In this document: piece after piece, positions 25,031 through 37,789 of the stretch
Numbering within the stretch: position 1 is the stretch's first letter
Layout: each line of letters begins with the position of its first letter
The notes under the pieces: model-generated
Told to the model about the DNA's origin: nothing
What the model saw: only the letters and a program-made list of their open reading frames with translations
The model's database searches: none
Assembly: GCA_951406725.2 (NCBI GenBank)
Contig: OX597820.1
Location: forward strand, 110,980,001-111,044,000
Origin: Octopus vulgaris
Lineage: Eukaryota
DNA: 64,000 bases
Reading direction: 5' to 3'
Translations under genes and position numbers: made by a program

Positions 25031-25830
25031 GTAGCTTAAGTTTCCGCCCTTGAAGCCACTTGATGCAACCCTCAGGCATCAGTATACCGACCGGCAGCGT
25101 CGAGTGTATTCCTACTGCTACGTGGTGCGTCTTTGCTTTGCAATACTTCTCCACTGTTTGTCGATTTTTGCAATGATTGAAACGAAGGAACAACACGTTT
25201 CCCTGAAATTCTGTTTTCTACCGGGAAACAGTTGTCATGCTTCAAACAGTTTACGAGGAAGCTGCCATGGGGAAAACACAAGTTTACGAGTGGTTTTCAC
25301 GCTTTAGAAATGGTCACTTGTCGCTTGAAGACCAACCTCTTTCAGGACGACCGTCGAGCCCCTGACCGTACAAAAACATCACGAAAATTCATGAACTGAT
25401 CTTGGAGGACCTTCGTCGAACAACTGACGGACTTGTTGACATGTCTGATGGTTCCTGGACCTCCTGCCAACGAATTTTGAGCAAGGAACTGCAAATGAAA
25501 AGAGTTGCAACAAAATTTATGCCTCGCTTGTTCATGGAAGATCAAAAGCAGTCAGGACTGACTTCGTGTCGAGAACTGAAAGAAGAGTTGGGAATTGATC
25601 TGGATCTGTTTTTGAAGGTCATCACTGATGACGAAAGCTGGTGCTACGGAATTTGTTGATGTGGAAGAGGTGAAGAAAAAAACGACGGAGGAGTTAAAAG
25701 ACATCACTTTACAACAGTAGATGCATTGCTTCAAATGGAGAATATTTTGAAGGCGATAAAAGTGTAAACATGTAAAACTAAGTGAATAAAATATTACAAA
25801 ATTACGGTTTCTGTTGGGTACACCCTCGTA
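25031..25830 (+). mobile_element. Mariner (Tc1/mariner) remnant, internally deleted, right TIR only
   Basis: EQHVSLKFCF N-terminus, VYEWFSRF, ILSKELQMKRVATKFMPRL, VITDDESWCYG (first catalytic D region). Ends ...CACCCTCG followed by TA. Confidence 0.85.
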
Positions 25831-25843
25831 TATAAATATATAT

Positions 25844-25912
<69 letters not shown>

Positions 25913-25997
25913 ATAATAAGGGAGTATATTAGGGAGTAAATCCAAAGTTACAGGGAAAAATTAGAATTTAGGATTAAATCTTATTTTATAGTATAAA

Positions 25998-26476
25998 TAT
26001 ATATTATATTAAATTAGAGATAAAACCACTATTAGGCAAATCAAACAGTGAAAATCATAAGCCAATACATAGAAATAAAAGTAATTAAAAAATATAAAAA
26101 ATATAAAATATAAAATATAATAACCCAATTAAAATATTTAAATTAAAGTTAAAATTTTTAAAAATTATTTAAAGTAATAAATTAAACTTATAAATTTTAA
26201 ATATATATATTCATTTATTTATTATTATTTTATTTATTTATTTATTTATTTTTAAATTTATTTATTTATTTTATTTTTTTTAACTTTTTTTATTTTAAAC
26301 TATCGAAAAGTATTAAAGGTTTAATATAAGATAAAGTACTCTTTATCTTATATTAAACATTTAATACTTTTTGATAGTTTAAAATAAAATAAATAAATAA
26401 ATAAGTTTAAAAAAATAAATAAATAAATAAATTTTAAAAAAATAAATAAATAAATAAAATAATAATAATAAAAAAA

Positions 26477-26541
<65 letters not shown>

Positions 26542-26738
26542 TTTAAAATTTATAAGTTTAATTTATTAATTTAAATAATTTTTTAGAATTTTAACTTTAA
26601 TTTAAATATTTTAATTGGATTCTTATATTTTATATTTTTTATATTTTTTTGTTAATTTTATTTCTATGTATTGGCTTATGATTTTCACTGTTTGATTTGC
26701 CTAATAGTGGTTTTATCTCTAATTTAATATAATATATA
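25998..26738. repeat. ~740-bp AT-rich fold-back palindrome with a 4-nt loop
   Basis: Centre ATAAAG-TACT-CTTTAT at 26331-26346. TAAAACCACTATTAGGCAAATCAAACAGTG on the left pairs with CACTGTTTGATTTGCCTAATAGTGGTTTTA on the right. Confidence 0.9.
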
Positions 26739-26744
26739 TATAAA

Positions 26745-26807
<63 letters not shown>

Positions 26808-26809
<2 letters not shown>

Positions 26810-27250
26810 TAAATGTGATTAGGGTGCTAGAAACACCTACATTGGTAGAAATAAGAGCTAAAATGCTCTAATGGTGTTGTCAACGCACATAAATGTAAAC
26901 GTATATACTAAGAGGGACCTTAATCGTCGGTAAATTATCCATTAATTTGGATGAGAAAACATATATTTTAATAGAGAAGCAACTCCGAAAATAGCCGAAG
27001 TTCGAACTAGTCTTAACTGATGAGGCAACGGAAATTGCCGAAACTGACGTCAGTATTAAGAATTTTTGATCGGCACTTTTCAGACAATTAAGGTCCCTGT
27101 TAGTGTTTATGTTTACGTTCATGTGCGTTGACTACAGCATTAAAACATTTTAGCTCTTATTTCTGGCAATGGAGGTGTTTCTAACACCCTAATCACATTC
27201 AGTGATAATTATAGTTCTCCTTTTTGGTGAAGCATTACAATCTGCCGTTT
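26808..27250 (+). mobile_element. Mini PLE-like unit: inverted tail, HHR, tail
   Basis: ~26808-26930 is an imperfect reverse complement of ~27082-27203, and the HHR lies between the arms. Flanked by TA runs. Confidence 0.75.
27011..27061 (+). ncRNA. Canonical type I hammerhead ribozyme
   Basis: TCTTAA-CTGATGA-GGCAA(CGGAAA)TTGCC-GAA-ACTGACGTCAGT-A-TTAAGA. All core nucleotides are present, all three stems pair perfectly, and the cleavage triplet is GUA. Confidence 0.92.
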
Positions 27251-27412
27251 ATATATATGCGCACAAAAAAAGAAAAGAACGCAATTCCGATAATGGACAG
27301 AGTCAACGACTATTGAAAATTTTATTAAAAATAAATAAGTAAATGAGTGGAAATCAAACCGGTGAGTGTGTTAAATTAATAAGTCACGAAAAGAGAATGA
27401 CTCATCCCAGAC

Positions 27413-27688
<276 letters not shown>

Positions 27689-28033
27689 TGATACTTAGTT
27701 TCTTGACTCTGGATAGAGGGGCAAAGAGAGCAAAGAGAAGTAGACCCTGGTAGGATGTGAACTCAGAAAGATTAAAATAACCTCAGAAAAAAATAAACAG
27801 TAACATAGTATACAGCATCCCTACCATCACTTTCTCACTTGCCATCACTCATTTCCAAAACCACTTCTATCATCGCCATCACCACCACCACTGCCAACGT
27901 CACTACTACTAACACCAGAAGCGCCACACCAACACCGAAACCAAACCAGACATAAAAATATTTCTTCTCAACAAACTTCATCTGCCAACCACGGCTACCA
28001 TTCTAGAACACCTACTACTACCCAACATCTAAA

Positions 28034-28244
28034 TTATGGATATAAGAATTGGGCAGCACTGACATCTGGCATCATGGACGAGTAGTTCATTGGTAGTGGT
28101 GGTGGGGGTAATGATTTTCGTAATGAAGGCGGTGGTGGTGGTGGTGGTGGTGGTGGTGGCGGCGGCAGTAGTGGTGGTGGTGGCGGCAGTGGTGGTGTTG
28201 GAGCCGGTGTTACTGGCATCAGATCAGACATTTCAGTAGAACAT
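28034..28244 (-). CDS. Candidate terminal coding exon of a host gene, proline-rich
   Basis: Polypyrimidine tract and TTATAG acceptor, then open frame CSTEMSDLMPVTPAPTPPLPPP...MNYSSMMPDVSAAQFLYP-stop. Non-repetitive sequence flanks the poly-Pro run. No upstream exons identified. Confidence 0.4.
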
Positions 28245-28717
28245 CTATAACGGTAAGACACTCACGAAAAGAAAAGAAAACAAATTGAATGAAACAGAAA
28301 AATTATAAAAACCAATAACAAAACAACAAAAACGACGACAAGAATTCCAGTCCTGGTATATTCTGAAAACAGCAGCATCTTCTGAGACTTGTCTTTGCCT
28401 GTGCTGTTACTCTCTACTTCTGATGCTCCTGCTGACTGAAACCTTCACGTTATTTTTGCTACCACGTGACTGCCTACTTTGTACTGCTGGTTTCATGGGC
28501 CGTATTTCTGCGCCTGCAACTGGACAATGCTTCGGAATAGCCATTTATTTTTTGGGGGAGTCACAAAATCTCGAAAGTTCAAACTGACTGCTCCGCCAAC
28601 CATTTGCTCCTCGCCATATTGGCTCTTACAACCCTCCAATTGTATTGCCATACAAAGATGACAACAAGATAGAGGTTACAGTTCTATATTTAAGAGATGA
28701 GTAATTATGTACATTAT

Positions 28718-28860
28718 TTACATTATTTACATTTGACGGATATTTGTCCTCATCTTGTTTGTTGTTAACACAACGGTTCGGCTGATATACCCTCCAGCCT
28801 TCATCAGGTATCTTGGGGGAAATTTCGAACCTGGGTTCTTATTCCTAAGGTATTTTTCGA

Positions 28861-28935
<75 letters not shown>
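28718..28935 (-). mobile_element. HHR-bearing PLE-type terminus plus (TAA)n, left arm
   Basis: Minus strand reads GATAC-CTGATGA-A-GGCTG(..)CAGCC-GAACCGTT-GTGTT at 28767-28812. Inverted homolog at 30820-31027. Confidence 0.75.
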
Positions 28936-30818
28936 GTAGTTTTATTATTTTTATATCGTGCTTTCACTTCACTACTGAGCGCAGCTCCGTGTGCCTTGGG
29001 TGTGGTTTGTTGTGATGCTCTTATGGTTACTGTATTGAAAGTGTTTTGCGTAGGATGTGTGCAGTGCCCAGTAGTGCAATTTTCTGTATGTTATATATAT
29101 TTGTGAGTCCTGGTGTTTTTGTTATGTATTTGTCTGAATATATTTTTACCATATTCTTTCTTTATTTTCTCTTTCATTTGTGTGTGTTGTGTCTTATCTA
29201 GTTCATGGATTCCTAAATATTTGTATGTTTGGCTTTGGTCTATGATAGGAATTGTTTCTGTTTTTAGATTCCACATTCGAGTTACCTCTATTTCTAGGTT
29301 TTTGTATTTTGAAAGTTTCTCCATTTCTTTTAGAGACACGTTGTTATCTGCTGGTATTGATACATTAATTAGAAAGCATTTTTTTCCTCATGATCTCTGA
29401 CAACTATATCTGGCCTATTGGCCTTATTTTCTCTATCTGTGTGTATTGGCATATCCCAAAGTATGGTTGCTTTCTCGTTTTCTGTGATCTTTTCTGGCGT
29501 GTGCCTATACCATCTTTTTTCTGTTGTTATTCCAGTGTTGGCATAACTTCCAGTGTATGTAGGTCCCAACTCTGTCGTGTCTGTGAATATATTCCTTCTT
29601 AGCCAGGACTGGGCAGCCAGAGATAATATGATTTATTGTTTCTTGTCCATCGCCACATATTATGCAGTTACTTGTTATGTTTCTTTTCATCATATGTTTT
29701 TGGTAATTTCTGGTGGCAAGGCTTTGGTCTTGTGCTGCAATTAAAAATCCCTGCATCTCTGCTTTGAGTCTCTGCTTCTCAAGCATTGCTGGTATTTTTC
29801 TCTGGCTATTTCTTTTGCATTTAGTTTAGTCCAATATTTACCATAAGGAGCTTTTCTTGCCATCGTTTTATCATGGTTCGTTGCTGTTCTAGTTTTAGTT
29901 TGGTTTTCAATTGTTTTATATCTTTTGTTGTTTCTTCTTCTTCATATTTGTTAGGTGGTATGATTTCTTGTTTGTATTTGTCAGCTTCCTTAAATACTGA
30001 GAACAGTTTTCTGTTTTGCTCGTGTTTTGCGGCTATTTGTATCAGTTTTCCTTACTTCTGAAGTAGGTATTTTTGCAGTCTTATGGTGGTTATTTTATAA
30101 TGGTTTTCCAGCTGTATAAGGCCTCTAACACGTTCTATACATTCTATGTCAGATTTTGGGTGATGCATCCTAGATCCTGTCATTATTTTTCTTGTTTTCC
30201 TATCTATTTTGGTTAGTTCATTTAGTGTCCAGTTAAGGATATTGTAGCTGTAACTTATAACTGGGACGGCTAAAGTGTTAATCCCTATTATCTTGTTTTA
30301 GCATTGAGCTCTGTTTTTAGTATTGATCTAACTCGTCTATAGTATTCTTTCTTTATTTTCTCTTTCATTTGTTTGTGTTGTGTCTTATCTAGTTCATGGA
30401 TTCCTAAATATTTGTATGTTTGGCTTTGGTCTAATTCTTTTATCTCATTGGATTTATCTAGTGTGATATTGCTACTCTTAACTAGTTTTCCTCTTTTCAG
30501 GGTTGCTTTGGCGCATTTTTCTAATCCAAATTTCATATCTATTTCTTTGGTAAATCCATGTACTGTCTGTAGTAGTGTTTCCATCTGTTTATCATTTGTA
30601 GCGTATAGTTTTAGGTCATCCATATATAAAAAGTGTCTGATTGTTTTGCCGTAACATTTGTATCCGCATCCACTTCTATTTAGCATATCAGATAGAGGTG
30701 TCAGTGCCAAGCAGAAATGGGGTGGAGAGAGCGTGTCTCCCTGGAATATTCCCCTTCCAATCCATTTGTTTGGATCTGTAGCACTGTCTGCCATTTATTC
30801 ATAGAGTGTCTTATGTAT

Positions 30819-30819
<1 letters not shown>
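28936..30819 (-). mobile_element. R4/Dong-like non-LTR retrotransposon, 5'-truncated, 3' end abutting (TAA)n
   Basis: GRGIFQGDTLSP, HFLYMDDLKLYA, MKFGLEKCA, YKYLGI, IAAQDQSL, CIICGDGQETINHIISGC (CCHC), HRHD, LWD, NRPDIVV...EKLSKY (RLE). Confidence 0.92.
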
Positions 30820-30878
<59 letters not shown>

Positions 30879-31027
30879 GTAATAATAATAACAACAAAAT
30901 CGAAGAATACCTTAGGAATGAGAACCCAGGTTCGAAATTTCCCCAAGACACCTAATGAATGTTGGAAACGTTGTGTTAACAACAAACAAGATGAGGACAA
31001 ATATCCGTCAAATGTAAATAATGTAAC
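30820..31027 (+). mobile_element. (TAA)n plus PLE-type terminus, right arm (inverted copy of 28718-28935)
   Basis: TCGAAGAATACCTTAGGAATGAGAACCCAGGTTCG...GAAACGTTGTGTTAAC...CCGTCAAATGTAAATAATGTAA. Its HHR lacks most of stem II. Confidence 0.8.
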
Positions 31028-31639
31028 TAAAACTAGATGTTAATATCACTGGCAAATACCCCTGTCTTTCTTTTTTTATATTACGTTGAGCTATGTCTAT
31101 TGGGCAGATATGTATCTTAGCACTTAAGCCTGTTGTTGGATCATATCCTCAATGTCGAAAATCAGAAAGACATGACCGTAATTTTTGGTTCGTTCAGTAA
31201 ACAAGACCCGGTTGCATACTTCAACTTATTTTAATTCATTTTTAGAGAGAACACAGTTTTCCCTTTGCCTGATCTTAGAGAAAATCTTCGAGATAGGCGA
31301 GAGACACTTTGTGATATAATCTTGCCAAATTTGTTTAACAAAAATCTAAATTTAGAATCTGGAGTTTATTATGTATGTACAGGAAACTGTCTGGTTATTA
31401 CTTATCAGTTGAACAAGGCATTTGTATGTGTAGAGGGAAACTTTCTGGTTATTGTCGCTGTAGTTATTTTATATTGTCTTAGAAACGCTAAATATACCAT
31501 TATTTTTTTGTTTCATTGTCGTTTTTTTCCCCTTTCTGTGCAACATATTATGAAAGCACTTTCAATATAAGGAAAAATACCTACTGTATTTCGTAGGGCG
31601 GTGAAAACACGAAAACAATAAGGCCACTGAATAATTATG

Positions 31640-31845
31640 TTTCTTAGATAAACATAAGGCCAAGAAATTGATGGGAGGGAACAGTCGATTAAATCGACCT
31701 CATAACATTACTGGCACTTTATTTTATCAACTCTGTGAGAATATAAGACAAAATTGACTTCAGAATGTAAAGAGCAGGAACAACTACCGAAAGCATTTTA
31801 CCTGTAGTTACTTATTCTTCATTCTACCAATCCACTGTCTTGCGA
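31640..31845 (-). mobile_element. Degenerate SINE family B
   Basis: Weak alignment to the reverse complement of 53698-53913 (AGTCGATTAAATCGACC...CTGGCACTTTATTTTATC). Confidence 0.55.
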
Positions 31846-32902
31846 GATAATAAATAATAACAATACTATAAGAAATAAACAGTATTCACAACAAGGTATG
31901 GTCATACAAAAAAGATATAAGTATAAATTGAAAACACAGACCAGAAAAGATTTCAGAGATACACAAAGTTATTCTCTGAATTATATCAACTCACAGAGAG
32001 AAGGAGATCAAGAAAAGCGGAGCTTATATTCATAGCAGGCATATTTTGAAAGAGGAAGTACCTTCTGATTGATATATCGATTTTAAACATGTGATAATCT
32101 GTATCTGAAAGGGAAAATGGAGAAACTATCGGGGATATACAAATCTAGAACGAAAGACAGTCAGAATTGGAATGTTGAGAATAGAAATACTTTATATATT
32201 GATGGAAACTTTGGGAATGATTAAAAGAATATGGCAGACAAATAATCATAATCACATCCCTTACACATGTAATAGTATGTGCATGTGCAGTATTATTATA
32301 CACTGCTCGTCTTTGACGAAGATTTCTTTCAATACAATTGAAAGATGAACAGTAAAATGTCCATGAAGTGCACGCAGATCAGCGGGAATCCAAACAATAA
32401 ATATCTACTCATTCTCAATACGTTCTGCTAGATTCGAACGTGAATATGCCGATTCTCATGAATTATTATAAGCTTGGAAAACATCAGCACGCATTAGCAA
32501 ATGATTAGTTTACTGAATTTCACTAAACAAGAAAACAAGAGCAAGTGTTCTTGCTAGATTCATTGATCTGGCGGGGTAGCTTTGACTGAAGAAACACACA
32601 TTTAGGTCGAAACACCACAGTGTCTCTAACTTCCTTTACATCAATAAATCGCATGTGTTCTGAACACATATTGTCTAAAGGTGGGGGAGGACGAAAAGCA
32701 ACTGTGATTAGCATGTTCACGTTTAAATCTGCCAGATCTGATTGAGAATGAATAGCTATGTTATTGTGAAAAAAAAAATTACTTTTGAAGAATTTGAACT
32801 AGCCCAATTAAATACTAGGTGTCTTGTCACCAGCGCTACATGATCTGCCAATTCACCGTTCATTCCGCCTTCTCTTAATTAAAAACAATATTAATAATTA
32901 AT

Positions 32903-35845
32903 TCTTTTATTGGCCACAAGGACTAATATAGATATACACAAAAGGACATGCAACAACATAAAAGACAATACAAGACGATACAAAGAGTTTTCTGTGTGTA
33001 AACAATAAAATCAATCAAAATTAAACAATATAAAATTCTCAAAAGGGGCGGCGCTTTAAGGCTACTCGTGGAAAAAACCACAAAAGCTACGGGTACCTGA
33101 CTAACAGGGCAAGAACCCTTCTTTTATTTCTTTACAAGTGTATGCTCAGAATTGGTCCTTTCACACTAGCCATTCTTCCAACATTCACCCACCTTATAAT
33201 AAACTTGCTAGAAGACAACACTTCCTTTTCCACCCTCACTTTCCTCTTCAAGTGAAACTTGAAGAAGTTGATTAGGGCTTGGCCAAAGAGGAAAGTGTCC
33301 ACCATACTACCTCTTTCGCTACAGCCACCAGACAAATAAAAATTGCCTGCCCCTCCCGGCCAAAGGAGGGCGGTGGGGCAATCATCACTATGGACTCAGC
33401 TGAAAAGCCAGATCCGTCCTAGACGCGACAGCAGGTGTTCGACATAAACCTACAGGTCAGCAATGCTCGGGCACTAGACGAAGGCATGCAGAACGGTCTT
33501 GTCGCTCTGCACACACCTCGGGCAGGCTCGGATGACGGCACTTTCGTGCCTGTAAAGTTTATCCTGAACGGGCAGTTCCTCTCAGTAGGACTGCCAGGCG
33601 AGGGATTTCTGGAAGTTATCCATAGGCACCGGCCCGAAAGTCCTTCGAAACAGACTAGCAAGTTGATCCTCGTCGACACCAAGAGTTTCTCCGAGAACGT
33701 CGTCGCACTTTCCCTCCGCTAACCCTCTATAGAACGTTAGAGTGGAACTACCAGCGATCGCATTGCCCGCCTGGCAGAGGGCTTTGACCGCTTGACGACA
33801 CTCGAGGTGCCAAGCATCCCTCCTCGGTCTACGCCTAATACAGGATTGCAGCTCAGTCAAAGACACGAGCTGTGGAAGAGCGTGTCTGACAAGCGACGAT
33901 CACACCTGCTCACCGTCAAGGAAACACTGGAGATGCCGTAACCGGAGCGCATGTCTGCGCATCAGTAACCGCGTCATGCTCAGGCCTCTATTCAGCGTTG
34001 TTGACAGCAGATGGAGCGCCTTACTAGTGGAACGTAACCCCTCCCACAGAAAGCGGAAGAGTAAGCGAACAAGTTTGTTCAGCCAACATAAGGGGCAAGG
34101 GACGACGGTCAAGCGGTAATAGATGACGGATGCGATGTACGCATTCGCCACCTCGGCTTGATCTTTCAGGGACAGCTTCCTCTCGGCTCATTTCTAGGTG
34201 AGATTGGTCACCCTGTTCGCCACCTCGTTCCAGTTTTTCTACACCCGAAGGTCTGTACCAAACCAGACCCCGAGCAATTTAACCGGACGTCTGTCCAGCG
34301 TCCCACGATGCTGTTAGACAGCAGAGATTTGCCTCTCCAGGTGCCGAGTTGCAAGCCCATTGACTTTTCCGCATTAAATTTTACTCTTGTCATCACTATA
34401 TGCTTTTAGTATGTCGCCAATCAGATCTATATGCCTGTGGCGCGACGCTATGATGATGACATCGTAGGCGTAAGAAGACACGCTTCTCCCACATCCTAAA
34501 TTACGCGGGCACCCCCAAAGCCTCCAACTTTCGCATCAGTGTCTCAAGAGTCAGTACATACAGAAGTGAGGAGAAATGGCACCCTTAACAGACCGATCGC
34601 AAGATGCTGAATGGCTCTGACAGGTGACCATTCACCCCAAAAAATGAGCAGACGCCACTGTACAAAGCAGTGATCCAACCGCGGAAAACCGGACCGAACC
34701 CAGCTGCCTTAAAAACAGCTGCCAAGTGTTGATGATCGACCCTATCGAAGGCACTTTAGATTGATCTAAATTGATCAGAGCCCCACCCATGCCGGCTTCA
34801 TTACCCACCCTCTCTCTACGATGTAGCGCATGAGGTGAAGGTTGCCACGAATAATCCTGGTTGGGATGGCATATGTTTGCGCCAACCTCTTGGTTAGCGC
34901 CTTGGCCAAAATCTTCAACTCTGCATTGAACAGAGTGATGGGCCTGAAATTCTCTATAACGTTCCCCTTGTTTGGGTCCTTTCTCAGCAGTGCCACCGCT
35001 CCTCGACAACCAAAAGTGTGAATCCTCCCATTGTTGTGATAGACGTCTGCTAAGAGGCCCGCAAATAAGTGTGACATCGAAATATAAAGCTCGTAGGGCA
35101 GACCATCCAAATCCGGCGATCTGCCTCTCGTGCAGCTCTTCATCGCTTCCTGTACTTCCGCGGCTGTTATCGGCCTTTCACAGCAAGCACTCCGCCTCAC
35201 TCGCCGAGATCGCGGCAGGCCGTCCAGGTAGTACCGACGTTTGCCCTGCTATCCGTCCTACCACTCTTCCCGAACAATCGAGCAAAGTGCTGCTGAAAAG
35301 CCCCGCATATCTGCTTCGGTTCAAACATCTCGCGCCCGTTCTGGTCCACCAAAGATTGAATGGTGGCTTTGTTGTACCACTTTGCTTCCGTCACTCAGGT
35401 CCATCGAGGTGCTTTCGTTCCCTCCCCGCTTAGTGGACGTGCCTTAGCTTTGACAACGTAGCCTTCGTGTTTAGCGTCGAAAAATTGGTCGAGGCCCAAC
35501 ATCGCTGCCAACACGTCGGTTGCGATGCCTTTCCTAAGTGCCTTACCTAACTTTCTAACTAAATTTCCCTCTATTCTATTTCTTTCTACCGATAAAGTCT
35601 TACTAAACTAAATGGATTCTACTCTACTTGTCCTTTTAAGAGCATATCACCAGTTGTTCATGATTGCGCCCGTCAACGCCCCCTAATCCGATCTCTGTAA
35701 GTTTGACACGCCAGTAACGACGTGTCCAGCTTCCAGTAACCGGGATCCTATCTACGAATCCTATCTAAGTCAACCGTACAGATCATGAATTTGTGGACTG
35801 TGTAGCCGACTATGTGAAATTGTGGACAACGTATATTATCCTTCA
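32903..35845 (-). mobile_element. Tx1/L1-like LINE ORF2, 5'-truncated and degraded, with 3' UTR
   Basis: GYWKLDTS (end of EN), SPDLDGLPYELY, LRKDPNKGNVIENFRPITLFNAELKILAKAL, LINLDQSK, SYAYDV, FNAEKS. Homologous to ~61960-63346. Confidence 0.9.
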
Positions 35846-35859
35846 CAACAATAATATTA

Positions 35860-37150
35860 ATAATGATTTCAAATTTTGGCAGAGGGCCAACAATTTTAGG
35901 GGGAAGGTAAGTCGGTTACATCAAACCCAGTATTCAACTGGTACTTATTTTAGTGACCCGAAGGGATGAAAGGCACCTCAGCGAAATTTGAACCCAGAAC
36001 GTGAAGGCGGGCGAAATGCACAAAGTATTTTGTACGAGCGTGATAACGATTCTGCCAGCTCACCGCCGTAGACAACAATACTAATAATTATGATTCCTGA
36101 TTTAGGCACAAGACCAAAAATTTTGAGAATAGTGGACAAGTTGGTTACATTGACTCTAGTACTCGACTATTACTTTATTTTGTAGACCCTGAAAGGATGA
36201 AAGGCAAACTTGACCCCTGCAAGAATTGAACTTAGAATGTAAGGAGCCAGAAGAAATATTGCTAGGCATTTATTCTGACGATCCAACGATTCTGTCTCTT
36301 CACTGTCTTAAAAATCTCTATAAATAATAGCCGATATAAACATTGATTGGTTGATTGATTTCTCCAACAACACTTTACATCTTTTAGGTAAAGGAGAAAG
36401 AATAAGAGTGCAAGTTAATATTAGATTTGAAAGTTCCGAGCACATATTAGGCTGGAGTTGATGTAACCAACTTGTCCACTCTTCTCAAAATTTTTGGTCT
36501 TGTGCCTAAAGTAAAGAAACATTACACAGACAGTGTGAGAAAGAGTTATCGAGGAAGAAGAGGAGGAGGGGAGAAATAGAGGAGAAGAGAGAGTAAATAA
36601 TAGAATAGCTATGAAAGGAATTATACAAACAAGAAATTTTATTTAAATTTATTTTAAGGTAATAAATATTTGTATAAGAGCCAAGAAATTTATGCCGTAT
36701 TTCCTGATGTCATCGGTGGTAGTAAAAGTATACTGCTATAGTTCCCCGCCATATGAAGGGCAACAAGTACTAAAAATGATTGTTTTAAATTTTGGCATGA
36801 GGCCAGTAATTTTAGGGGAAGGGCTTCATCGATTACATCAATCCCTAAACACGACTTGTATTTCCTTTTATTACCTCCGAAAGGATGAAAAGTTGATCCT
36901 AACGGAAATTGAATTTTAAACGCAACGAGCCACAAGAAATACCGCTACAGTTATTCCGATGCCCTAACGTATTTACCAGCTTGCTTCCTTAATAATCGTT
37001 ATAGTAATAACTGTTTCTAATAGTAAGGTATTTAGTCGACTCCAGTGTAGGACTGGTACTCAATTTTATTTATCCTGGAAGGAAGAAGAGCTAAGTTGAC
37101 CATAACAGGATTTGAAATCAGAGCGTTAAAAAGCAGAGTATATGTAGCTC
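35860..37150 (-). mobile_element. Cluster of about four co-oriented SINE family B copies
   Basis: Copies at ~35860-36070, ~36095-36312, ~36780-36992 and ~37010-37140 match the reverse complement of 53698-53913 with variable divergence. Confidence 0.75.
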
Positions 37151-37694
37151 TGACGGTTATGTGTTGGCGCCTATTCCACTATGCCACTCTTTAATATATA
37201 ATGAGATCACTGACATTGGCATTAAAAGCAGTTATAATCGTTTAAGAAATCGATAGCACGTTTTGGTTAATCAATTAAACATGACGTATAATAATAATGG
37301 AAAAATTTGATTAATTAAAATAATTTTTATTCGAAATTTTCCATTGAAAGAAATGGGAAACAAAACGAAAATCCTTCAGACGAGATTAAATGAAGTAAAG
37401 CATTCGTTAAATAACTGAACTCTATTGATTTTTAATTGGAAGCCTGTTGTGAAAGAGTGAAAACTATTTCGTTTTTTTTGTTTTGTTTTTGTTATGTTAG
37501 CAGTAATGGACTGATTGATGGAAAACAGTTACATAAACCTCCATCAATAATACTGTCTATCGCACTCTCACCCTCCAACTCCCTCTCTTCATTTTTTTCT
37601 CTTTCTCCTGGTATCAATTCGAAAGTATTTTTAAATGCATTATAAGGTTATTTTAATCTTATTTTTGATAATAGTAACATTATTATTATTATTA

Positions 37695-37768
<74 letters not shown>

Positions 37769-37789
37769 TCGTTTACGCACAACAGATTA

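Noticed and set aside
25620-25645. CTGATGACGAAAGC as a hammerhead
   Set aside because: There is no room for stem II. It is the mariner transposase coding motif ITDDESW.
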